This document shows positions 36,058-43,569 of a stretch of 64,000 bases of DNA, piece after piece. Position numbers and translations under genes: made by a program. How positions within the stretch are numbered: the stretch's first letter is position 1; every line of letters starts with the position of its first letter. The stretch is from an uncultured Candidatus Saccharibacteria bacterium (GTDB taxonomy: Bacteria; Patescibacteriota; Saccharimonadia; Saccharimonadales; CAZARM01). The DNA lies in assembly GCA_964487615.1 (NCBI GenBank), contig CAZARM010000004.1, positions 1,818-65,817 on the forward strand. The letters run 5' to 3'. The notes under the pieces were generated by a model, which worked only from the letters and a program-made list of their open reading frames with translations, was not told where the DNA came from and made no database searches.

Positions 36058-36268
36058 TTTCGTCTGTGTCCTTTATTACATCACTCTCAGTTTCATCTAC
36101 CCCTATTAAAGTTCTATAATCATTCTTGAGCCCCAGCCAAGTAATCACCCAAACAATATTAAGATATTCTTGCAAAATTATATATTGTTCTCTAAGTACT
36201 GTTAAGTTTGTAGCACTCTGAACCATGACTCTCGGTAAAATAGAGTGCAGAGATGCTACTATATGCAT
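36038..36268 (-). CDS. Doubtful small ORF upstream of the PLD gene
   Basis: 76-aa ORF with an acidic tail. Overlaps the 5' end of the divergent GH15 ORF. No SD seen. Confidence 0.2.
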   Translation of the reverse strand: MHIVASLHSILPRVMVQSATNLTVLREQYIILQEYLNIVWVITWLGLKNDYRTLIGVDETESDVIKDTDEIEEEDA

Positions 36269-37261
36269 GTGGAAAAAGACTTGGCCGTTATTAGATCACA
36301 AATGGTATCTGGTATTGGTCTGACGGTGGCCAGTACGGAAGTTAGTGATGATCCAGATGTCATAAACTACAATCGTGTCTGGATTCGTGACAATGTATAC
36401 GTTGCTCTGGCGTTCGTACAAGCCGGTCAATTACATGAAGCTGCTGACATGTACGGCCAATTGTGCAAAATGATTAATAATTTTGAACCATTACTGGATC
36501 AAACAGAATATCCCACGCAAGACGATCAGTTATTGCCCGCCAGATTTAGCATTGACGGTCAACGAATCAACGAAAAATGGAGCAACCGCCAGTACGATGC
36601 TATTGGGCTGCTGCTTTTCGGACTAGGACAACTTAATTATCTTGACCCTACGCTAGTTAACAAAGAACAACGCCGAATTGCTCAGAAGTTGATAAATTAC
36701 CTCCAGACCTGTCGCTACTGGCAGGACCCAGACAATGGCATGTGGGAAAATGAAGAAGAAGAATTACATTCATCCTCACTGGCAGCCTGTATCTGCGGCA
36801 TCCAAATGGTAAGTGATTTTTGTAACTTCGATAAAGCGGCACTTGAAAAAGCCAAAGCTAACCTAGAGGCACAATTGCCGGCTGAAAGCGCTACCAGGCC
36901 GGTAGATATGTCTGAACTTTCTCTGATTTGGCCATATGGCTACAAACGTCAGGATATTGTCGACCATGTCGAAAGCCAACTGCTCAAACAGTATGGTGTG
37001 ATCCGCTATGAGGGTGATGTTTACGAATCTGACGGTGGAGTTGAGCCACAATGGGTAATGGGTATTCCTTGGTTAGGGGTAGCTAACTTCATGCTGGGCA
37101 ATCGTTCTAAAGCTGAGCAGTATTTAAGTGACGCCGAACAACTTTATACACGGGATGGCAATCTGCCAGAAGCCTACCTGGCTCAAAACAAGGATTTTCA
37201 TACACCGTTAGCCTGGTCACACGCAATGATGATAGTGTTGAGAACGAAGTTGGGAAAATAA
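36245..37261 (+). CDS. Glycoside hydrolase family 15-like (glucoamylase/glucodextranase catalytic domain)
   Basis: VWIRDNVYVALAF, NRQYDAIGLLLF, MWENEEEELHSSSLAAC and PLAWSHAM blocks. The real start is probably MHVEKD (36263). Confidence 0.72.
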   Translation: MQRCYYMHVEKDLAVIRSQMVSGIGLTVASTEVSDDPDVINYNRVWIRDNVYVALAFVQAGQLHEAADMYGQLCKMINNFEPLLDQTEYPTQDDQLLPARFSIDGQRINEKWSNRQYDAIGLLLFGLGQLNYLDPTLVNKEQRRIAQKLINYLQTCRYWQDPDNGMWENEEEELHSSSLAACICGIQMVSDFCNFDKAALEKAKANLEAQLPAESATRPVDMSELSLIWPYGYKRQDIVDHVESQLLKQYGVIRYEGDVYESDGGVEPQWVMGIPWLGVANFMLGNRSKAEQYLSDAEQLYTRDGNLPEAYLAQNKDFHTPLAWSHAMMIVLRTKLGK

Positions 37262-38274
37262 TGATATCGTTTATTTGGCCTCCAGGTGAACAAATGCTGC
37301 CTGGGACTGGTGGTTCGGAAACGTACACGGCCGGACACGTTCGAGAATTACGAAGACGTGGCATTAAGTCGCAAGTAGTTACAATTGGGGTTAAGGCGTC
37401 TGATTATTCACGCGACTTTGGTAACATACCCTTTTTAAGACTAGATAAGCCCGAAAAAATTGCCAACTTAGAGGGCATAATTGTATTTGTTAACAATTAC
37501 TATCCGGCTAAGTTTAAAGATCCGGCTAAAAAACCGGTGATGATTGTGCATAATGTCTTACCCAACCACCTGCAAAAAGCGGCCTATCATAATGTTGACA
37601 GTAAAAAGGTTACCGTTTTAGCAACTAGCGCCTACAGCGCACAACAGTGGGCCATATATTTAAAGATGCCTAGCAGTAGCATACACGTAGTTCATCCCTT
37701 TGCGGATCCATTATTCGGCACGGTGCAACGTAGTCAACCCAGTAGTAAGCATAGAATTCTCTTTGCCGGGCGTCTCTACCCTGAAAAGGGTATTTACACC
37801 CTGCTAGAATCCTTGCATCAACAGGCCATTTTGCAAACGGATAATAGTTGGAGTGTCCGTATAGTGGCTGCCGGCACACATGTTGGGGCCGGGAAAACTT
37901 TAGCCACAATGATAAAGGATTTTCCCTACGCCACATTGATTCCAGCGCGCAATACCGTCTCATCAATGGCAAAGTTGTTATCTGGCACCGACATTTTGTT
38001 GATGCCTTCGGTTTATGCTGAGCCTTTTGGCATGTTATCCGTTGAAGCGCAGCACGCCGGCTGTCGGGTGGTAGCTACTAATGTCGGAAATTTAGCCGGC
38101 ACTAACTGTGGGCTATTAACCTTGATTAAGCCACATGATCCTGACGCCATAGCCCGGGGAATCGAACAGGCAATTGCCCTAGGGAGGTCAACTCCTAAAG
38201 AACGTAGTTCCGCAAAACGTTTTTTTACACTCAAAGATTCAGTAGATGCCTTAATGAAGATCTTGAAACTGTAA
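37261..38274 (+). CDS. Glycosyltransferase family 4
   Basis: MPSVYAEPFGMLSVEAQHAG (E-x7-E). TAATG junction with the GH15 gene. Confidence 0.72.
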   Translation: MISFIWPPGEQMLPGTGGSETYTAGHVRELRRRGIKSQVVTIGVKASDYSRDFGNIPFLRLDKPEKIANLEGIIVFVNNYYPAKFKDPAKKPVMIVHNVLPNHLQKAAYHNVDSKKVTVLATSAYSAQQWAIYLKMPSSSIHVVHPFADPLFGTVQRSQPSSKHRILFAGRLYPEKGIYTLLESLHQQAILQTDNSWSVRIVAAGTHVGAGKTLATMIKDFPYATLIPARNTVSSMAKLLSGTDILLMPSVYAEPFGMLSVEAQHAGCRVVATNVGNLAGTNCGLLTLIKPHDPDAIARGIEQAIALGRSTPKERSSAKRFFTLKDSVDALMKILKL

Positions 38275-38388
38275 ATACTCGAATCTTCAGAACTACCAAT
38301 AAGTAGCAATGAAAAGTTCTAGACCTATCTGCTCAGCCAATAATAGTGATAAGATGAGGTGAGGTGAGGTTCAGCTTTACTTTCTTAA

Positions 38389-38778
38389 ATGGGAGACACT
38401 GCTATGGCAGAATTAGACGGAGCAACGAATAAAAAACCATCGACAAAAAAAGTAGTAACACGAGCCGCGTGCATTATATTGGTAATCGTCGCATTAGTTG
38501 GTGGTTACGTTTACGGCAGCAACAAGGCAACTTCAGACGCCGAAAAAGAACTTCAACAAAAGGTAACGTCACTGCAAAATGATCTGAATAAGGCGACAGC
38601 CGCAGTCGGGAACGAAGTCCAAGAAGGCCAGCAAGACATTGCCGAAGGGCAACAGACCGTCGAGGCGCTAAAATCCGAAAACGCTGCACTCAAGCAAACC
38701 ATCAGCCAGCAGAATCAGAAAATTGCCGATCTGGAAAAGCAATTAGAAGAAGCCAAAAAAGCTAACGCAACCCAGTAA
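38389..38778 (+). CDS. Membrane-anchored coiled-coil protein
   Basis: One TM followed by a Q/E/K-rich heptad-like region. The second ATG (38404) has the better SD (GGGAGA, 7 nt). Confidence 0.55.
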   Translation: MGDTAMAELDGATNKKPSTKKVVTRAACIILVIVALVGGYVYGSNKATSDAEKELQQKVTSLQNDLNKATAAVGNEVQEGQQDIAEGQQTVEALKSENAALKQTISQQNQKIADLEKQLEEAKKANATQ

Positions 38779-38884
38779 TATTTATGCAAGCCTTAGTTAG
38801 TGTCTGTTTACTGCAAGTTATTGAGGGTACGTTCAAGGTAGCTTCTGTTTGACCCCGTTATCGGCATGTGCTTGAATACCTCTA

Positions 38885-39436
38885 ATGGCTAAACAAAAAT
38901 CTTTGCATGCCCGTGCATCAGTTGTCCGCCTTTGTCGTTTGCATATGCTATTGGCTGGCTTAATTGCTACTCAAACCCTCATATTCAGCGCCTGGCAACT
39001 AATTACACCTCAGGCTGTTCTAAGCCGGTGGGTCGCCCTGACATTATTCTTCGGCGTAGTAGTTATTGTCTGGTACCAAGCCAAGCAGACTGCTTCTTTG
39101 GTCAGCCCCCGTAAATTAGTCTTCATGCTGGTTGCTGTAGATATAGCTTTGGCTTCATTCAATGTCTACACACAACGGGGAATGGCTGCCCGGGCGGTGG
39201 CTCTATATGCTGTACCTCTAACGGTGGTGGCGATTTTGCGCAGTCGCAGCGCATTGCTTGCCACGGCGGCCTTTTGCGCAGCAGCTTATGTCTTAACGGC
39301 TCTGGCTTATTTTGTACTGAACTTTAACGAAGGCTACAAGGTCGAACTCTACGGCGAAGTGGGCTTTTACGCCGTTATGATGCTCTTGTTGGCCAATATG
39401 CTCTGGGTTGTAGTCCGCCCCTCTGCCCGAACATAG
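38885..39436 (+). CDS. Polytopic membrane protein
   Basis: 183 aa, about 5 hydrophobic spans. Confidence 0.5.
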   Translation: MAKQKSLHARASVVRLCRLHMLLAGLIATQTLIFSAWQLITPQAVLSRWVALTLFFGVVVIVWYQAKQTASLVSPRKLVFMLVAVDIALASFNVYTQRGMAARAVALYAVPLTVVAILRSRSALLATAAFCAAAYVLTALAYFVLNFNEGYKVELYGEVGFYAVMMLLLANMLWVVVRPSART

Positions 39437-39566
39437 ATCCTGTCACGCTCATGGTTGTTTATTACTGAAAGTGTCATACTATAGACATATCAATATGATG
39501 TGCGTATGAGGAGATAAGTAGCTGAAGAAATTAAGCCCTTACTACTATCTTTTTGGCATCTTAGCT

Positions 39567-40445
39567 GTGGTGTATATAGTGCTGCTGCTGGTTATCCCGC
39601 CCGATGCCACGACCTTGACCCGCTACGACTTATCTGTCACCGATGCCCGGATTCTTAGCCTGGTGGTCATCCTGCCCTATATTGCCATTTGGTTCGCGGC
39701 ATTTTACGGGTTTATCAAGGTCAAGGAATACGCCTGGGTTATCCGGGGTACTAAAGACGGCAAAGGTTGGGCCCAAATAGGCGATGGTCTAATGGTCATT
39801 GCCGTCTCTCTGCCGCTGACGGCTATTGCCGCAACAATGCGGTCTTATTTAGCTACGCAAGATTCCTCTCTGCGCCCAAGCCTTACTATTATCTATAATT
39901 ACCTGGCACTAGGCTTGGTGCTGTTGGGTTTTTATTTAATAAGCCGGGGGGCACAGGGACTCATGGGCACCGTCAAAAAACATAAACTTACCGGCCTTCA
40001 ATGGCTGCAAGCCGTTGCAGCTGTCTCGTTCTGCATTCTTTATGCGATGGCAGTCATGACAAGCCCTAGCCGCAACATTGCCGAAGCCGGTAATTCAACC
40101 TCCACGTACTACCTGCCGGATTGGCTGCTATTTGCCACCATCGTTGTGCCCTATTTGCTGGTGTGGTTTTTTGGTTTTCGAGCGGCGTTTTTCTTGCGTC
40201 AGTACCGCCGTGGCGCCAAAGGCTTGTTGTATAAACAGGCCCTGCAATATTTCTCTAGTGGTACGGTATTTATTGTTGGTTCGCTGATTTTGATCCGCGT
40301 ACTTAACTCTATGTCCTCGTTGTTTCATGATGTAAGCCTCAGGGCTTTGCTGCTCATCCTGTATGTATTTTTAGTAATTGTGGGCGTCGGATATCTGTAC
40401 GTTGCTTTGGGGGCCAAGAAGCTCAAGCGAATTGAAGAGGTCTAA
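39567..40445 (+). CDS. Polytopic membrane protein, paralogue of the partial gene at 63807
   Basis: 292 aa from GTG. The frame is open from 39522 (CTG, preceded by GGAG at an 8-nt spacing). The extra residues align with the N-terminus of the paralogue. Confidence 0.6.
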   Translation: MVYIVLLLVIPPDATTLTRYDLSVTDARILSLVVILPYIAIWFAAFYGFIKVKEYAWVIRGTKDGKGWAQIGDGLMVIAVSLPLTAIAATMRSYLATQDSSLRPSLTIIYNYLALGLVLLGFYLISRGAQGLMGTVKKHKLTGLQWLQAVAAVSFCILYAMAVMTSPSRNIAEAGNSTSTYYLPDWLLFATIVVPYLLVWFFGFRAAFFLRQYRRGAKGLLYKQALQYFSSGTVFIVGSLILIRVLNSMSSLFHDVSLRALLLILYVFLVIVGVGYLYVALGAKKLKRIEEV

Positions 40446-40451
40446 AAGAGC

Positions 40452-40721
40452 ATGGCAGCCAACAAGAGTGTCCATCAGCAAGTAGTAATCATCGTGAGTG
40501 ATTATTTAGGCCCCGCCGCTGAGCGCTTTGTTGATCGCCAAGTTCAAAACCACCTCAAGAAAGAGCCTTCCAAGATGAGTAAGCGTGATTTGGCCAAGAT
40601 TATAGATTGGCTGAAGATTTCTTTTGCGTTTCTAACCGAAGACCGCGCCCTGATTGATGAGCTCGCTAAACGACTGACCGCGCTTGCTAGGGACAAGCCA
40701 CGCACCCGGCTAAAGCCATGA
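40452..40721 (+). CDS. Hypothetical small protein
   Basis: 89-aa ORF, 4-nt overlap with the kinase gene. Confidence 0.45.
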   Translation: MAANKSVHQQVVIIVSDYLGPAAERFVDRQVQNHLKKEPSKMSKRDLAKIIDWLKISFAFLTEDRALIDELAKRLTALARDKPRTRLKP

Positions 40722-41833
40722 ACAGATTGCCACGAGCCCGCCACTTACTGTTGGGAACACCTGAGAGTGACCACGACGTAGCCCAGTCGGAAGCCCTGTT
40801 CTTGAGCATTGGCGATGGCGCCATTGCCACAGACGAGAACGGTAACATTGAGCGCATAAACAACACAGCCCTAGACATCCTCGGCTATAAAGAAGCTGAG
40901 GTGCTGGGCAAATGGTTCCCTAAACTTATCCCCGCAAGGGACGAAGATGGTATCCCCATAGACCTTATCGATCGTCCAGTAAGCCAGGCCATGCTGACCG
41001 GGGTCCCGGTTTCTTCTCGGGCAGAGTACCTTAACAAAAAAGGTAAGCCAGTGCCAGTCTTCATGACCGTAGCTCCCATCCTGCTGCACGGTAAACCAGT
41101 TGGCGCGATTGAAGTATTCCGGGACATTACTCACGATCAAGAGGTAGATCGCATGAAGAGCGAGTTCATCTCGATTGCTTCGCATCAATTACGAACGCCT
41201 CTGACGGCCATCAAAACCTATTCGCATATGCTAGCCAGCGGCTACAAGGGCAATTTATCACCCCAACAGCAGGAGTTTATGGACATTATATTGAGCTCCA
41301 TCGACCGCATGAATGAGCTAATAAACACCCTGCTGGATATCTCCCGCATCGAGGAAGGCATGCTGACACTAGCTAATCAGCTAACTCCTCTAGATGACTT
41401 AGCCCGGGAGCTGATAACTGAGCTTCATTCAATTGCCGAGGCCAAGGACTTACACCTCAAGCTGACAACTTCTGGCAGCGGCTTTACGGTCATGACCGAC
41501 CCGATGCTTTATAAAGAGTTATTGTCTAACCTAATCAGCAACGCCATCAAATACACGCCGGCTGGTGGCAAAATCTACATCGAGCTTCACGCTAAGCCCA
41601 AAGAGGCCATCATTAATGTCCGTGACAACGGCTACGGCATACCGGCTGCCCAGCAGCAGCGGGTTTTCACCAAGTTCTTCCGGGCCGACAATGTTGTTAC
41701 CAAAGACACCTCTGGCACAGGCTTGGGTCTTTATCTGGTACGTCGCATCGCCGACAACTTGGGAGGACGAGTGTGGTTTGAGAGCCAAGAAGGCAAAGGC
41801 AGCAGTTTCTTTGTCAGCCTGCCGAAAAACTAG
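40718..41833 (+). CDS. PAS-domain sensor histidine kinase (cytoplasmic)
   Basis: H-box SHQLRTPL, N-box NAIKYTP, G1 DNGYGIP, G2 GTGLGLYLV. PAS-like N-terminal half. Confidence 0.88.
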   Translation: MNRLPRARHLLLGTPESDHDVAQSEALFLSIGDGAIATDENGNIERINNTALDILGYKEAEVLGKWFPKLIPARDEDGIPIDLIDRPVSQAMLTGVPVSSRAEYLNKKGKPVPVFMTVAPILLHGKPVGAIEVFRDITHDQEVDRMKSEFISIASHQLRTPLTAIKTYSHMLASGYKGNLSPQQQEFMDIILSSIDRMNELINTLLDISRIEEGMLTLANQLTPLDDLARELITELHSIAEAKDLHLKLTTSGSGFTVMTDPMLYKELLSNLISNAIKYTPAGGKIYIELHAKPKEAIINVRDNGYGIPAAQQQRVFTKFFRADNVVTKDTSGTGLGLYLVRRIADNLGGRVWFESQEGKGSSFFVSLPKN

Positions 41834-41925
41834 CTACAACAGAAATTTTTAAATCCTTTTGTTAGATTTATCACATTTAGCAATATGTCCCGCCCGTATA
41901 ATTCGGCATTATAGAGAGGGCATTA

Positions 41926-42321
41926 ATGGCGAAAGTTCTAATCGTAGAAGATGATCAGGTGTTGAACAGTGCCTATCAGTTTATTTTAGAGCGTGAAGGT
42001 CATGATGTCGCCGCTGCCTTCAACGGCAAGGAAGGCTTGGAAAAAGCTAAAACCCATAAGCCCTCAATCATTCTGCTAGATCTGCTAATGCCAATAAAAA
42101 ATGGCTTGGAGTTTTTGAAAGAGTTCAACATCCCAAAGAAAAATCCCAACGTCAAAGTCATTATCCTAAGCAACATCGGCGACGAAAAAGAAGCCGAGAA
42201 AGGACTTCGCCTGGGCGCCTACAAGTACATCGTCAAAGCCCACGCCTCACCCCAGGAATTATCGGTATTAGTCAACCACCTGATCAATAAGAACCTAGAC
42301 AAAACCAAAACCCCCGCCTAA
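41926..42321 (+). CDS. Stand-alone receiver-domain response regulator
   Basis: VEDD...LLDLLMP...K pattern. No output domain (131 aa). Confidence 0.88.
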   Translation: MAKVLIVEDDQVLNSAYQFILEREGHDVAAAFNGKEGLEKAKTHKPSIILLDLLMPIKNGLEFLKEFNIPKKNPNVKVIILSNIGDEKEAEKGLRLGAYKYIVKAHASPQELSVLVNHLINKNLDKTKTPA

Positions 42322-42516
42322 AGCAGCAACTGAGATCTAGCGAGCCTGAACTGAACGTTCTATGGGTTTTGCACATGAGTGCCAGACACAATTTCTTCAC
42401 GAGGAGCACACGAGGCTGCATGCGCCCTAGATGTGAGAATTCTTGCAGAATGTAAAAGCATGAGCGCGGTACATTGAAAGTGTCTTTAGTCAAAGAGAAA
42501 GGAGGGGACACCAATC

Positions 42517-42666
42517 GTGAAGAAGACGACACTTCTCAAAAACATTCGCCTATCAGATATTAGTTTTGATGATTTGTACGGTGATATTTCCGGTGATCTT
42601 GACCTAAAGATAGAGCGGCTTCAGAACCGCCGCTGGCGCAAGCTTAAACAAGAGTTAACAGCTTAA
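42517..42666 (+). CDS. Unannotated 49-aa ORF (below the track cutoff)
   Basis: GTG start 6 nt after GAAAGGAGGGG. Encodes VKKTTLLKNIRLSDISFDDLYGDISGDLDLKIERLQNRRWRKLKQELTA and is followed by a hairpin. Confidence 0.45.
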   Translation: MKKTTLLKNIRLSDISFDDLYGDISGDLDLKIERLQNRRWRKLKQELTA

Positions 42667-42707
42667 GGCAAAGCGCAAATAACGGTTCTGGTCATTAAAA
42701 ATCACCT

Positions 42708-42744
42708 AAAAACACCTCTTTAGTTTATAGCTGGGGGTGTTTTT
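42708..42744. terminator. Possible bidirectional intrinsic terminator
   Basis: AAAAACACC ... GGTGTTTTT stem with an A-tract and a T-tract, between the small ORF and the convergent crp-like gene. Confidence 0.45.
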
Positions 42745-42780
42745 AGTAGCGGCATGTCGGGGGCAGGCACCAAGTGAGCA

Positions 42781-43446
42781 TTAGCGCAGAAAGCCCATGT
42801 CATATTCTTCATCGAGTAGTTCATTTAGCTTATCCGTCCGAATAACGTAATTTTGCCTGCGATAGGTAATGATGTTTTTGCGTTGCAGTTTCTTTAGCTC
42901 AATACCAGTAGTTTCACGCGTCAGCCCCATGAAATTAGCCAGTTCTTGCTGAGTTAAAGGCAAATCTATCTTGACCAGGTCTTTTCGCATCTCGCGCCCG
43001 AATTGAAGACACAGGAAGTGCAGAGTGTTAATAACTTTATTGTTGGCTTTGGATTGCTCTAAAGCATTGACCCGCATTTGGAAATTGATATGGGTCTTCA
43101 CCTGATGAGAATAGAACTCATACATTACTTGCGGATTAGATTTTAAAAAGTCGGTGTATTCATCGCGAGGGATGCAGTAGAGTTCGCAGTCCACGAACGC
43201 TTCGTAATAATACTGCGCGTAGCGCAACTGATGAAATGTCCAGCCGATAGGCAATATCTCACCTTGAAGGTCAAAACTGATGGGCTTCTCATCACCCTCG
43301 GATGTTAAATTGTAGGTCTTGACGATGCCCTTTTTGATCACATAAATACAGGTTGGCACTTCGCCCTGAACCAAAACAATCTCGCCTTTCTGAAAACGCC
43401 TGGCATGATAATGATCCAAGAACTTAGCGAATGTGTCCACAGTCAA
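42781..43446 (-). CDS. Crp/Fnr-family transcriptional regulator
   Basis: cNMP-binding barrel (GEIVLVQGEVPTCIYVIKKGIVK) and C-terminal HTH (LTQQELANFMGLTRETTGIELKKL). Confidence 0.85.
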   Translation of the reverse strand: MTVDTFAKFLDHYHARRFQKGEIVLVQGEVPTCIYVIKKGIVKTYNLTSEGDEKPISFDLQGEILPIGWTFHQLRYAQYYYEAFVDCELYCIPRDEYTDFLKSNPQVMYEFYSHQVKTHINFQMRVNALEQSKANNKVINTLHFLCLQFGREMRKDLVKIDLPLTQQELANFMGLTRETTGIELKKLQRKNIITYRRQNYVIRTDKLNELLDEEYDMGFLR

Positions 43447-43569
43447 GTCAGTTTTCCTTGTTCACCCTTATATTGTATGCTGTGAACTGCAATTTTAACA
43501 GCAACTGAGCGTACATTCCAGCATGAGCGTTAAGGAGTTAGGCTCGCCCGAGTAGGCTACAATAGGTGG

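Larger units (their letters stand above)
8683..36260. mobile_element. Putative integrative conjugative element inserted next to tRNA-Gln. The right end is uncertain and could lie anywhere between about 36.06 and 38.9 kb.
   Basis: Large serine recombinase directly beside the tRNA, a replication-relaxation protein, a full MPF-FATA-like T4SS gene set, many orphan acidic ORFs, and an AT-richer cargo cassette at the far end. No att repeats could be identified. Confidence 0.55.

Noticed and set aside
38356-38370. Tandem GAGGT x3 (triple Shine-Dalgarno-like) upstream of the coiled-coil gene
   Set aside because: It lies 19-33 nt before the first ATG, too far to act as an SD. The second ATG has its own SD. 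It is probably incidental.
8725-38862. Shared CCCC(T)GTTATCGGCA near 8725-8740 and 38848-38862 as possible attL/attR direct repeats
   Set aside because: A 10-14 nt match between an 80-bp region and a 64-kb window is expected by chance. Large serine recombinases leave only a 2-bp common core, so no long repeat is expected anyway. The left copy is also part of the terminator hairpin.
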